Origin: Myxococcota bacterium
Lineage (GTDB): Bacteria; Myxococcota_A; UBA796; UBA2385
Assembly (NCBI GenBank): GCA_044344255.1
Contig: JBIJDH010000002.1
Span: forward strand, 448,001-512,000
Direction of reading: 5' to 3'
DNA: 64,000 nucleotides
In this document: piece after piece, positions 38,437 to 48,384 of the stretch
How positions within the stretch are numbered: the stretch's first letter is position 1
How the letters are laid out: each line of letters starts with the position of its first letter
Notes under the pieces: generated by a model
Databases searched by the model: none
Told to the model about the DNA's origin: nothing
What the model saw: only the letters and a program-made list of their open reading frames with translations
Position numbers and translations under genes: made by a program

Positions 38437-39897
38437 ATGGCTGACGAAGCGCTCCTCACCGCCTCCGCCACCTCCCTGGCCCGCGCCATCGCCCGGGGCG
38501 AGCTCAGCTCGGAGGGGGTCGTCGAGGCCCACATCCGGAAGATCCAAGAGGTCAATCCGGTGATCAACGCGATGGTCGCCGACCGCTTCGATCTCGCGCG
38601 CGAGGAGGCCCGCTCGGCGGATCGGCTGCGGGCGCAGGTGCCGATGCGCTTCCTGCCTCCCCTGCACGGCGTGCCCTGCACGATCAAGGAGAGCTTCATG
38701 CTCCCCGGCATGCCCAACACCGGCGGGCTCGTGTCGCGGAAGGCGCAGCTCGCCACGCGCGAGGCGCCGACGGTGGGGCGACTGCGGGAGGCGGGCGCCA
38801 TCCCCCTCGGGGTGACCAACCTCTCCGAGCTCTGCATGTGGTTGGAGTCGAACAACCGCGTCTATGGGCGGTCCAACAACCCCTATGACACGAGCCGGAT
38901 CGTCGGCGGCAGCTCGGGCGGCGAGGGGGCGATCGTGGGGGCGGGCGGGAGCCCCTTCGGCCTCGGCGCCGACGTGGGCGGCTCGATCCGGCTCCCCGCC
39001 TTCTTCAACGGGGTCTTCGGCCACAAGGCCTCGAGCGGCCTCGTCCCGAACCTCGGCCAGTTCCCGGTCTCCCACGGCGAGGGGCTGCGGATGCTCGCCA
39101 CGGGCCCCATTTGCCGCCGGGCGGAGGACCTCTGGCCGCTGATGCGCGTGCTCGCCGGCCCCCATCCCGACGAGCCCAGCGTGGATCACCGGCTCCAGGG
39201 GGACCCTTCGATCGTCAACCTCCGCGGGCTGCGGGTCTGCGTGGCCGAGCACCCCGGTGCGCTGGCGCCGGCCCCCGCCCAGCAGGAGGCGGTGCGGCGG
39301 GCGGCCGACGCCCTCCGCGAGCGAGGGGCCGAGGTCGTCCCGGCCGAGACCGCCTGGTTCCGCGAGGCCTTCACGCTCTGGTCGCAGCGGATGTCGGGCG
39401 CCAACGACATCACCTTCCACGAGCTCATGGGCACCGGCGGCGAGAAGCCGAAGCTCGCGCGCGAATTCTACCGCCTCGCCCGCGGCCGCTCCGATCACAC
39501 GCTCCCGGCGCTGATGCTGGCGGCGCTCGAGAAGATCCCCGGGGTCAACCCCACCGATCTGGGCCCGGTTCGCGTGCGCCTGCAAGAGATCCGCCACGAC
39601 ATCGCCCGACAGCTCGGGCCGCGCGGCGTGCTCTTGCTGCCCACGTTCCCGCGCCCGGCGCCGCGTCACAATCGACCCATGCTCCGCTTCTACGAGGCGG
39701 GCTACACGGGCCTGTTCAACGCCCTGGAGATGCCGGCGACGCAGATCCCGTGCGGCCTCGATCCCGAAGGTTTGCCCACCGGCGTGCAGGCCGTGGGCCG
39801 ACACGGGGACGACGCGGTCACGATCGCCGTCGCGGTGGCCCTCGAAGAGGCGCTGGGCGGCTGGATCCCGCCCTGGGAGGTCGGAGCCCGCCGCTGA
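38437..39897 (+). CDS. Amidase signature enzyme (FAAH2-like)
   Basis: LHGVPCTIKES, GGSSGGEG, GADVGGSIRLPA. Confidence 0.92.
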   Translation: MADEALLTASATSLARAIARGELSSEGVVEAHIRKIQEVNPVINAMVADRFDLAREEARSADRLRAQVPMRFLPPLHGVPCTIKESFMLPGMPNTGGLVSRKAQLATREAPTVGRLREAGAIPLGVTNLSELCMWLESNNRVYGRSNNPYDTSRIVGGSSGGEGAIVGAGGSPFGLGADVGGSIRLPAFFNGVFGHKASSGLVPNLGQFPVSHGEGLRMLATGPICRRAEDLWPLMRVLAGPHPDEPSVDHRLQGDPSIVNLRGLRVCVAEHPGALAPAPAQQEAVRRAADALRERGAEVVPAETAWFREAFTLWSQRMSGANDITFHELMGTGGEKPKLAREFYRLARGRSDHTLPALMLAALEKIPGVNPTDLGPVRVRLQEIRHDIARQLGPRGVLLLPTFPRPAPRHNRPMLRFYEAGYTGLFNALEMPATQIPCGLDPEGLPTGVQAVGRHGDDAVTIAVAVALEEALGGWIPPWEVGARR

Positions 39898-39951
39898 TCG
39901 GCGCAGACGACGGCGAGGGGAGCCCAACGGCGCCCCTCGCCGGGCGGCGTC

Positions 39952-40446
39952 TCAGAGCTGGCCGCAGTCCGCGATGGTGACCTTGGTGGAGGTCTTGCCG
40001 CTCGACGAGCCGACCTTCTCGACCGCCGTGATCACGTTCATCCCCTCGACGACCTTGCCGAAGACGACGTGCTTGCCGTCGAGCCAAGAGCAGGGGACGG
40101 TCGTGATGAAGAACTGGCTGCCGTTCGTGCCCGGGCCGGCGTTGGCCATCGAGAGGAGGCCGGGGACGGTGTGCTTGTGGATGAAGTTCTCATCGGCGAA
40201 CTTGTTGCCGTAGATCGACTTGCCGCCGGTGCCGTTGTGGTTCGTGAAGTCCCCGCCCTGGAGCATGAACTGGGGGATCACCCGGTGGAAGCTGCTGCCC
40301 TTGTAGCCGAAGCCGGGCTCGCCCGTGCAGAGCTGACGGAAGTTCTCGGCCGTCTTGGGGACGGTGTCCGTGTAGAGCTCGAAGACGACGCGGGCGGCGG
40401 GCTGGGTGCCGATCTGGATGTCGAAGAAGACGCGCGAATTGGCCAA
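39952..40446 (-). CDS. Cyclophilin-type peptidyl-prolyl isomerase
   Basis: TTG start after [48 protein letters not shown]. Confidence 0.95.
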   Translation of the reverse strand: MANSRVFFDIQIGTQPAARVVFELYTDTVPKTAENFRQLCTGEPGFGYKGSSFHRVIPQFMLQGGDFTNHNGTGGKSIYGNKFADENFIHKHTVPGLLSMANAGPGTNGSQFFITTVPCSWLDGKHVVFGKVVEGMNVITAVEKVGSSSGKTSTKVTIADCGQL

Positions 40447-40544
40447 AGGAGCCTCCTGGGAAAGGACGGCTCCGATAGCACGGCGCCCCCGCGCTCGCAC
40501 CGCCCAAGGCGGGGAGGGGGGGCGCCTTCGTCCGGGCTCGGCCT

Positions 40545-41405
40545 CTACTCGGCGCTGAAGGCAGCCACCACCGCGGAGGCGGGGAGGGCGGCGAGGGGCG
40601 TCGAAGAGAAGGTGTAGCCGTCGGCGGCGGGCTGGTAGGTGGTCAGCGTGGCGGCGGGCACCGTCCAGAGGCCGCGGGTGGCGGCGACGGTGGAGGTGTT
40701 CTTCGTGCTGCCCGTCGTGTACATGCCGTCGGAGAGATCGGTGTCGCCGTAGTAGGGCACGCAGGCGCCGCAGGTGATGGTGGCGCCGTCGATGCCGTTG
40801 CCCGCGTTGTCGGTGATGAAGCCGATGGTCATGCCGTCGGTGTTGAGGTCACCGGTGTAGCCGCCGAGGGCCAGCGAGGCGGCGATGCCGTCCTTGGTCT
40901 CGTTCGGGATGAAGAAGGCGGTGCGGCCATCGACCGTGCCGCCGTCTTCGACGTCGGCGTAGGTCGCGTTCGAGACGCCGGTCGCGGTCGGGAAGACGGT
41001 CGCCCCGGGGGTGTCGCAGTCGCGGTTGAGGAGCAGGAGGCCGAGGCCGATCTTGGGGACGGCCGTGAGCGTGAAGGTGCCGTCGCTGGCGACGGTGGTG
41101 CTGGAGACGACCTCGGGATCGCCGCCGGAGAGCACGTTCGTGGGGTCGAGCGCGTCGATGCAGAGGCCGGCGCCGCCCGGGGCGAAGAGCCCAAAGTCGA
41201 GGGAGTTGCCGGTGATGGTGAAGGTGGGATCGGCGTCGGTGTCGGCGTCGGTGTCGGCGTCGGTGTCGGCGTCGGTGTCCGCATCGGTGTCGGCGTCGGT
41301 GTCAGCGTCCGACTCGTCGACCGCGCTGTCCTCCCCCTTGTCCTTGCAGGCGGTGAAGGAGAGGGTGAGGCCGAGGAGGCTGAGACCGAAGAGAGTGCGC
41401 GTCAT
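40545..41405 (-). CDS. Lipoprotein with DADT acidic linker and beta-sandwich domains
   Basis: Lipobox FTAC; (DADT)6-DADP. Confidence 0.8.
   Translation of the reverse strand: MTRTLFGLSLLGLTLSFTACKDKGEDSAVDESDADTDADTDADTDADTDADTDADTDADPTFTITGNSLDFGLFAPGGAGLCIDALDPTNVLSGGDPEVVSSTTVASDGTFTLTAVPKIGLGLLLLNRDCDTPGATVFPTATGVSNATYADVEDGGTVDGRTAFFIPNETKDGIAASLALGGYTGDLNTDGMTIGFITDNAGNGIDGATITCGACVPYYGDTDLSDGMYTTGSTKNTSTVAATRGLWTVPAATLTTYQPAADGYTFSSTPLAALPASAVVAAFSAE
41226..41309 (-). repeat. 12-bp coding repeat x7 (DADT)
   Basis: Read directly from the sequence. Confidence 0.95.
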
Positions 41406-41559
41406 GACTGCTCCATCTGGGCTCAGGTGCGAGCCCTTGCTTCAAGGTACCGTAGGTGCCAGGGACAGGTTTAGCCTGCGCTTCCGTGGAGGGCGCGTGA
41501 CACTCCTGTGATCCCCGCCGGTTTCCCGGCGATGGGGGCCCCGAAGGCCGCCGCTCCCT

Positions 41560-42600
41560 TCAGAGGCCCAGCGCCACCGCCGCCAGCCAGTAGCCGCCCG
41601 CCGCGGCCACGGGGACGGTGAGGTTGTCGTCCCAGCGGCGGATGAAGAGCTCGGCGAGGGCCGCCGGGATCGAGGCGGCGATCGCCAACAGGGCCGCCTG
41701 ACCGTGCGGGAGCGCGGGGTAATACACCGCGAGCAGGGCGATGACGGCCAGCACGCTCACCGCGATGAAGCCGAGCGAGCCCTCGACCGAGCGACCGTTC
41801 TGGAGGCGATGACGGCCGAAGCGGCGCCCGATGAGGCCGGCGGCGGGATCGCCGACGCCGACCACGGCCATCGCCACCGTGAACAGCCGTTCGTCGGCCG
41901 GCAACGCGAGGAGGCCGATGGCGACCGCATACCAGGAGGACGAGGTGACCCGGTGCCGCTCGTGGGGGTGGGACATCGAGCCCATCAACCGCATGCAGAG
42001 GTCGTTCATGCCGGGGATCAGGCGGCGACCGATCTCGACGCTCCAGATCGCCGTGAAGGCGAGCAGCCCGGCGAGGGGCACGGCGATGCCGTCTACGAGG
42101 TGCTGCACGACGGCGATGGCGGTGGCGCCGGTGGCGACATGGAAGAAGGCGCGGGGCAGCTTGCTCGGGCGCAGCGAAGGGAGCCGGACGTCGAGGGGCT
42201 GCAGGCTGGCGGCGAGGTGCTCGTAGGCGGGGGTGGCCTCGCGACGAAAGTCGGCCCAGGCGAAGCGCAGCCGCTCGAGGGGGAGCTCGGCCTCGGGGGC
42301 GCGCGCGGCGATGACACGGGCCATCTCCCGAAGCCGCTCGGCGAGGGCGAGGAGCCGGGGTTGCATCTCGGCCGTGGCCTGATCCGCGAGCAGGCCGACC
42401 TCGCCGCGCAGGGCCTCCACCCGGAGGGAGAGAGCCTGGAGCCGCCCCCGCAGGGCCCGCTCCTGCTCGTCGCGCCAGCGGTTGGGATCGAGATCCCGGA
42501 GGAGCTGGTAGATCTCGCGGGCGAGGTCTCCGCTGCCCTGGATCGGCGTGAGAGGGTGGCCGTCTGAAGGGCCAGGGGTACGCAAGAGGGCTACGGTCAC
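41560..42600 (-). CDS. Phytol/dolichol kinase-like CTP-dependent membrane kinase with N-terminal coiled coil
   Basis: RAFFH, GDPAAGLIGRRFG, RSVEGS, DDNLTVP; GTG start after GGAG (alternative ATG at 42627). Confidence 0.8.
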   Translation of the reverse strand: MTVALLRTPGPSDGHPLTPIQGSGDLAREIYQLLRDLDPNRWRDEQERALRGRLQALSLRVEALRGEVGLLADQATAEMQPRLLALAERLREMARVIAARAPEAELPLERLRFAWADFRREATPAYEHLAASLQPLDVRLPSLRPSKLPRAFFHVATGATAIAVVQHLVDGIAVPLAGLLAFTAIWSVEIGRRLIPGMNDLCMRLMGSMSHPHERHRVTSSSWYAVAIGLLALPADERLFTVAMAVVGVGDPAAGLIGRRFGRHRLQNGRSVEGSLGFIAVSVLAVIALLAVYYPALPHGQAALLAIAASIPAALAELFIRRWDDNLTVPVAAAGGYWLAAVALGL

Positions 42601-42707
42601 GGCCGTCTCCAGGAGTCGACACAGCATAGCGAGCGCTCACCAGGCCTGGAGGGGCGACCGCGCCGCAATTTCCGAACCATGACCGAGCGCGTCCCCGGAG
42701 CCCACCG

Positions 42708-43850
42708 ATGGCCACCTTCCTCCTCGACCCGGACGTCACCTTCCTCAACCATGGCTCCTTCGGCGCCACGCCGGTCGAGCTCCTCCAGCGTCAAGAGGTG
42801 CTGCGGCGGGAGATGGAGCGAGAGCCGGTGGAGTTCATGGTCCGCAGCCTCCCCGGCCACCTCGCCCGCGCCCGCGCCCGGGCCGCCCGCTTCTTGGGCG
42901 CCGACACGGCCGATCTCGCCTTCGTCACCAACGCCACAGCCGGGGCGAACGCCGTCTTGGGCTCGCTCCGCCTGCAGCCGGGCGACGAGCTCCTCACGAC
43001 GGACCACGTCTACAACGCGGTCCGGAACGCGATGCTCCGCGAGGCGGCCCGCGCTGGAGCCCGGGTGGTGGAGGTCCACGTCCCCTTCCCCCTCGAGCGC
43101 CCCGAGCAGGTGACCGAGGCGGTCATCGCCGGCTTCGGGCCGCGCACCCGCCTGCTCGTCCTCGACCAGATCACCTCGCCCACCGGGATGGTCTGGCCGA
43201 TGGCCGACATCCTCGCCGCCGCGCGAGCCGCGGGCATCCTCACCCTCGTCGACGGCGCCCACGCCCCCGGGCAGGTCCCGGTCGACCTCAACGGCCTGGG
43301 CGCGGACTTCTGGGTCGGCAACCTCCACAAGTGGCTCTGCGCTCCCAAGGGCGCGGCCCTGCTCCACGTCGCCCGGGCGCACCAGGCCTGGGTCCACCCC
43401 CCGGTGATCAGCCACGGCTTCGGGGGAGGGCTGCACGCCGAATTCGACTGGCCCGGCACCTTTGACCCCACCGCCTGGATCACCGCAGAGGCCGCCTTCG
43501 ATTTGCACGAGGCCGAAGGCGGCGCCGAACTGCGGGCGGCCAACCATGCCCTCGTGCGGCGCGGGCGAGAGGTGGTGGCTGACCTCGTCGGCGGGCGCCT
43601 TCCCTACCCCGACGATCCGGCCCTCTACGGGAGCATGGCCGCCATCCTCCTCGACGGACCGCCCGACGCCTGGTCGCACATCCACGACCGCCTCATCGAC
43701 GCCCACCGCGTCCAGGTGCCCATCATCTCCTGGGGTGGGCACCTCCTTGTGCGCATCTCTGGCTTCGCCCTATATAATCGGCCAGACCAGTACGAACGCT
43801 TGGGCCACGCCTTACGCTCGGTGCTCGATGAGGTCGGGCGGGTCAGGTGA
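42708..43850 (+). CDS. PLP-dependent class V aminotransferase (isopenicillin N epimerase/EgtE-like)
   Basis: FLNHGSFG, NAT, ITSPTG, DGAHAPG, NLHKWL, GTFD. Confidence 0.88.
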   Translation: MATFLLDPDVTFLNHGSFGATPVELLQRQEVLRREMEREPVEFMVRSLPGHLARARARAARFLGADTADLAFVTNATAGANAVLGSLRLQPGDELLTTDHVYNAVRNAMLREAARAGARVVEVHVPFPLERPEQVTEAVIAGFGPRTRLLVLDQITSPTGMVWPMADILAAARAAGILTLVDGAHAPGQVPVDLNGLGADFWVGNLHKWLCAPKGAALLHVARAHQAWVHPPVISHGFGGGLHAEFDWPGTFDPTAWITAEAAFDLHEAEGGAELRAANHALVRRGREVVADLVGGRLPYPDDPALYGSMAAILLDGPPDAWSHIHDRLIDAHRVQVPIISWGGHLLVRISGFALYNRPDQYERLGHALRSVLDEVGRVR

Positions 43851-43859
43851 TCGGGCGGG

Positions 43860-44855
43860 TCAGGTGAGGAGCCGCACCGGTGTCTCCTGGCTGAGCGGGA
43901 CGCCCTCGGCGGACAGTCGGTACCACATCGCCTTCAGGACTTCGCTCTCGAGCTCGTCGTGCAGCGAGAAGTCCTCGATCCAGATCTTGATCGTGTACCG
44001 CTGAAAGGTGGGCTCGAGCTGCCGAAGCCAGACACGGGGCAGCGGATCGGTCAGGCAGCCGGGGATCTTCGCGACCTCCTCCCGAACCCAGGCGGTGAGG
44101 TCAGCCGGCGGCACCCGGACGGAGCAGATGAGCTCAATGAGGCGGGCGGTGCTGCGAAAGGGCAGAGCAAAGTTCTGGATATCCGAGGTGAGCAGCGAGA
44201 TGTTCGACAGGACGAGGTGGTCCCCTGAGAGGGTGCGGAGCCGGGTGGCGCGCCAGCCGACGTTCTCGATGCAGCCCTCCTTGTTGTTGACGAGGATCCA
44301 GTCGCCCTCCTTGAAGGGGCGGTCAAAGGCGAGGACGAGGCCGGCGAAGAGGTTCGACAGCGGCTGCTGGAGCGCGAGGCCGAGCACGATCGAGACCACC
44401 GAGGTGGTAGCGAGCAGCGGGGTGACGTCCATCCCGGAGATGTGGCCCACCGCCGCCAGGGCCACCCCCAGGTAGACGATGCCGATCGAGACCTGGCGCA
44501 AGATCGGCGGCACCCGAAAGCCGAAGCGCTCCTCGAGCAGGAGGTCGACCACCAGGGTCTCGGCGCTCTCGACGAGGATGAAGGTGAGGAGCAGCCACTC
44601 GATGAGGACGAGCGCGCCCTCGGGCCACTCGAGGTGGGCGAGGTGGGCCGCGGCGTGGAGCGCGGTCGCCCCCAAGAGGACCCTCGCCGGCACCCGGAGG
44701 CGGGAGACGAGGTGATCGTCGGAGAGGGTGCGGGTGCGGCGGGCGAGGCTGCGGAGGAGGCGGAAGAGGATCCGCAGGACAAGCTCGCCCATCAGCCCGA
44801 GGCCGAGCGCCACGAGCAGGGCGGCCAGCCAGATCATCGGCGGCGGCGCCGACAT
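43860..44855 (-). CDS. MscS family mechanosensitive channel
   Basis: LGLALQQPLSNLFAG, RPFKEGDWI, GWRATRLRT; start uncertain. Confidence 0.85.
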   Translation of the reverse strand: MSAPPPMIWLAALLVALGLGLMGELVLRILFRLLRSLARRTRTLSDDHLVSRLRVPARVLLGATALHAAAHLAHLEWPEGALVLIEWLLLTFILVESAETLVVDLLLEERFGFRVPPILRQVSIGIVYLGVALAAVGHISGMDVTPLLATTSVVSIVLGLALQQPLSNLFAGLVLAFDRPFKEGDWILVNNKEGCIENVGWRATRLRTLSGDHLVLSNISLLTSDIQNFALPFRSTARLIELICSVRVPPADLTAWVREEVAKIPGCLTDPLPRVWLRQLEPTFQRYTIKIWIEDFSLHDELESEVLKAMWYRLSAEGVPLSQETPVRLLT

Positions 44856-44920
44856 CAGGTCGTACCAGAGGTCGGCCCAGTAGGAAAAGACGAACAAGGC
44901 GGCGCTCCGTTTGGCGCGGT

Positions 44921-45295
44921 CTAGCCGGGCGGACCCCCATCGAGCCACCGACCCTGGAGGGCGCGGGTGGCGGCGACGAAGAGCGAGAGGGTGAAGATCC
45001 CGAGGGCCAGCGTGAGCAGCCCGGCGGGCGCGGGGAGGTCGCCGAGCCCCGCGACGAGGAGGCCCCCGCCGACCGGCAGGGCGAAGGGGCGGCGCGCTCG
45101 CGGGGCCGCGTAGACCAGGGCCGCGCAGAGCCCAGCGCCCAGGCCCCCGCCGAGCGCCGCTCCACCCGCTTCAGAGTGCCCCAGGCGACCGGCGAGGCCG
45201 AGGGCGGGGCAGAGCAGGGTGAGGGCCCCCATCCAGAGCCCCAGGCGCCGCTCGGCGGGCACGAGGACCGGCGGCGGCGAGCCGGGGCCGCTCAT
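44921..45295 (-). CDS. Small membrane protein
   Basis: Four hydrophobic segments; ATGA overlap with the acyltransferase stop. Confidence 0.5.
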   Translation of the reverse strand: MSGPGSPPPVLVPAERRLGLWMGALTLLCPALGLAGRLGHSEAGGAALGGGLGAGLCAALVYAAPRARRPFALPVGGGLLVAGLGDLPAPAGLLTLALGIFTLSLFVAATRALQGRWLDGGPPG

Positions 45296-46032
45296 CGGCG
45301 GAGGAGCTCGGCCATCCGGCGCTGGGCTTCCCCCTGCAGGGCCTCGATCTGGGCGTCCTCGTGGGCGGGATCCCAGGCCGGGGGGACGAGCAGGGGGGAG
45401 AGGTACGCGGTCAGCTGGACGGGCCGCGGCAGCAAGGTGGGGCCGATGCCGCGGGCGAGAGGCAGGGGGATGTGGAATCGGTCATAGATCCGATCGGTGA
45501 TGCGGCTCGGGTAGACCTTGTAGATCTCATCGGCGGCCGGACAGGCGGCGAAGAGCATCGGCGCCCCCGTGCGCAAGGCGAGGCGAGCGAAGCCCCGCCG
45601 AGACTCCCAACGGGAGCGGCGGCGCAGGGTGTGGGGCCGGATCGACTCCCACATGCCTCCCGGGGCCACGCCGAGGATCTCCCCCTCGCGGAGGATGCGC
45701 TCGCCCGCCTCGGGGGAGGCCGGGACGAGGCCGCAGCGCTCGGCGAAGCGGGCGAGGCCGGGGATCTGGAAGATGCGGTCGTCACCGAGGCCGCGGGGCA
45801 GGCGGCCGCTGCCGTCCCAGATGCCGAGGCCGATGAGGAAGCCGTCGTAGGTGGCGAGGCTGTGATGCACCACGAGCAGGCAGGGCCCGGCCGCGGGGAC
45901 GTTCTCCAGGCCCTGGACCCGGAAGTGGTGGTAGCGCGCGAGCGGCTCGAGCAGGCGCCGCGCCCGCTGGATGAAGGCGGCGTCGTCCGGGCTGAGGCGC
46001 GTCGGGGTCGCGCCAGGGGTGTTCGTGGGCAT
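45292..46032 (-). CDS. Lysophospholipid/diacylglycerol acyltransferase family protein
   Basis: GLENVP, HHS...YDG, PGG..E, RRGFARLALRTGAP. Confidence 0.8.
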   Translation of the reverse strand: MPTNTPGATPTRLSPDDAAFIQRARRLLEPLARYHHFRVQGLENVPAAGPCLLVVHHSLATYDGFLIGLGIWDGSGRLPRGLGDDRIFQIPGLARFAERCGLVPASPEAGERILREGEILGVAPGGMWESIRPHTLRRRSRWESRRGFARLALRTGAPMLFAACPAADEIYKVYPSRITDRIYDRFHIPLPLARGIGPTLLPRPVQLTAYLSPLLVPPAWDPAHEDAQIEALQGEAQRRMAELLRR

Positions 46033-46113
46033 CGCCGGGGCTCCAAGGGGGCTGCTAACCCACGGGCCCGTCGAGCCCGGGTTAGGCCGGGCGCTGCTCA
46101 GGAGGTGTCCGCG

Positions 46114-46605
46114 ATGAAGTTCGAGCTTCGGCACAGCTACCCCGCCCCGGCGAAGATCGTCTGGGAGCAGCTCTTCTCGGAGCCCTACGAGCAGGCCGTC
46201 CGCGCGGTCTCTCAGATCGAGCGGGAGGTGCTGGAGGACACGGTGAAGGGGGGCGCGAGGGTGCGCCGGATGCGCATCCACTCCGGCCGGGAGCTCCCCG
46301 CCATCGCCCAGAAGATCGTGGGCTCGAGCCGCCTCTCCTATGAGATGGAGGAGCGGTATGACCCCTCCCGCCCCTACATCACCTGGAGCGCCTTCGCACC
46401 CTCCCTCGGTGAGAAGGCGCGATGCATGGGCTCCTACGAGTTCGTGGACCGTCCGGGGGGCTGTGAAAGGTTGGTCAAGGGAGACGTCACCGTCTCCATC
46501 CCGCTCGTGGGCGGCAAGATTGAGTCGGTCATCGTCGAGGAGTTCAAGGGCGCCTACGAGCGCGCCTACGCCTTCGGCCTGCAATGGGTCCGGGAGCACA
46601 CATGA
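46114..46605 (+). CDS. DUF2505-like (START/SRPBCC-type) protein
   Basis: AGGAGG RBS; IPLVGGKIE motif. Confidence 0.75.
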   Translation: MKFELRHSYPAPAKIVWEQLFSEPYEQAVRAVSQIEREVLEDTVKGGARVRRMRIHSGRELPAIAQKIVGSSRLSYEMEERYDPSRPYITWSAFAPSLGEKARCMGSYEFVDRPGGCERLVKGDVTVSIPLVGGKIESVIVEEFKGAYERAYAFGLQWVREHT

Positions 46606-47738
46606 AGGTCCGCGCCGCCCTGCTCGCCCTGCTCGTGGTCGGCCTCGCCGCCTCGCCGACGTCGGGCGGCGCCGCCCAGGCCGCGGAGGTCGGCTACGGC
46701 GACGTGGATGAAGACGGCTACCCCAATTGGGGGGAGCGCTCGGTGCACCTGTGGACGAACGCCGTCCGGGTGGACCCTGAGGCCTTCTCGGCTGACTATC
46801 AGGCCGGCGGCTGCACCTTCGAGAGCTTCGAGGCCTCCGAGAAGACCCCCAAGGGGCTGCTCTACTACTCGCGCCCGCTCAACGTGGCCGGTCGGTTCCA
46901 CTCGACCGACATGCACGACAACGACTGGTTTGACCACGCCTCGTCGGACGGCACGTCCTTCGGTGACCGGGTGGCGCGCTTTTATACCGAGAGCGGCTAC
47001 GTCGGCGAGAACATCGCCTACGGATATCCAGACCCCTTCACCGTCGTGCTCGGCGGCTGGATGTGCTCGTCTGGCCACCGCGCCAACATCATGCTGGCCG
47101 ACTACAACGAGCTCGGCACGGGGGTGGTGGGCACCTACTACACGCAAGACTTCGCGGCGGGCACGGTCGACAGCGACGGCCCCATCGCGATGGGCGTGCA
47201 TGAGCCCGAGGCCGCGACCGCCGAGGCCACCTTCCTCGTCGACTGGTCGGAGGCGGAGGCCCCCGCCTCTCTCGAGGTGGTCGTAGACGGCGTCGGGTCC
47301 GCGCTCGCGCTCACCTACGGCGTGGACGGCCTGGGCGTCTACACCGCGGACGTGACCCCCGAGTCGGCCGACTGCCACCGTTACTTCTTCCGCTACGAGT
47401 CCGCAGCGGGCGAGAGCGGGGTCTTCCCCGAGACCGGGAGCTACCTCTACGGCGCCGCCTGCGAGGGCACGCTCGGCTGGGAGCTCGGTCAGGATGGCGG
47501 CTCCGGTGGCGGAGACGGGGGCGGGGACGGCGGTGGGGACGGCGCCGGCGGCGGCGAGCTGCTCCCCACGGGGGAGACCCCCGAAGAGGCCATCGGGGCG
47601 ATGAAGGTGGTCGGCTGCTCGGCGACGGACGCCCCCTCCCGGGCGGCTCCCCGCTCGCTCCTCGCGATTTGCCTGGCGGCCGGCCTCGCCGTCGTCGGGC
47701 GCCGGGGGCCGCGCCACCGTCGGCAGAAGGGCGCCTGA
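46602..47738 (+). CDS. Secreted CAP/SCP domain protein with MYXO-CTERM-like tail
   Basis: HSTDM, FDH.S.DG, GENIA, WMCSSGHRANIM, YYTQDF; GCS + TM + RR tail. Confidence 0.85.
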   Translation: MKVRAALLALLVVGLAASPTSGGAAQAAEVGYGDVDEDGYPNWGERSVHLWTNAVRVDPEAFSADYQAGGCTFESFEASEKTPKGLLYYSRPLNVAGRFHSTDMHDNDWFDHASSDGTSFGDRVARFYTESGYVGENIAYGYPDPFTVVLGGWMCSSGHRANIMLADYNELGTGVVGTYYTQDFAAGTVDSDGPIAMGVHEPEAATAEATFLVDWSEAEAPASLEVVVDGVGSALALTYGVDGLGVYTADVTPESADCHRYFFRYESAAGESGVFPETGSYLYGAACEGTLGWELGQDGGSGGGDGGGDGGGDGAGGGELLPTGETPEEAIGAMKVVGCSATDAPSRAAPRSLLAICLAAGLAVVGRRGPRHRRQKGA

Positions 47739-47865
47739 GCGGCGATTTCGGGATACGGTGTCGGCCTCCCCTGTGGCGCTTCCCGGCGTCACGCTCCCGG
47801 CGCTCCCTTCGATGCGGCGCGTCGGCTGGCCTCCCCGCCCCACCTCCCTCCTCCGGGCTGCGTAG

Positions 47866-48372
47866 ATGTCTCGCACGGCTGTCTGCTCCCTCCTCGTCCT
47901 CCCCCTGGTCCTCGCGGTCGGCCTCTTCCCGCAGAGCGCCCACGCCAAAGACCTCCGCACCCGCGTCGGCGTCGGCTTTGACCAGCAGTTTGGTCAGCTC
48001 TCCGCCTTCTCGATCCGCTACGGGCTGCCGAACGAGAACCCGGCGATCAACATCCAGCTCGAGGGTGACTTCGGGTTCAGCCAGTACAAAGATCTCGGCG
48101 ACGAGCGGATCTTTGGCGGAGGCAAGCTCCTCTACGGTGTCGTCGTGGAGGACAACCTCAACCTCTACCTCGGCGCAGGCGGCGGCTTCATGGGCGATGG
48201 TGCGGCCTCGGTCGTGCGCATCCAGCCCTTGAGCTCGGTCGACTTCTTCCTCTTCGGCCTCGAAAACCTAGGTATCACCACCGGGATCGGCCTGAACATC
48301 GACGTCGGTGACGGCGGCTCGGGCGTCGCCTTCACCGGCGCGGCGAACGCGGGCGTACATTACTGGTTCTGA
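47866..48372 (+). CDS. Small outer-membrane beta-barrel protein
   Basis: Signal peptide ending AHA; amphipathic strands; C-terminal GVHYWF. Confidence 0.75.
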   Translation: MSRTAVCSLLVLPLVLAVGLFPQSAHAKDLRTRVGVGFDQQFGQLSAFSIRYGLPNENPAINIQLEGDFGFSQYKDLGDERIFGGGKLLYGVVVEDNLNLYLGAGGGFMGDGAASVVRIQPLSSVDFFLFGLENLGITTGIGLNIDVGDGGSGVAFTGAANAGVHYWF

Positions 48373-48384
48373 CCGGATGGCGGC

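Noticed and set aside
42708..43850. Beta-lactam or ergothioneine biosynthetic cluster
   Set aside because: A lone class V PLP enzyme with no pathway partners in the window.
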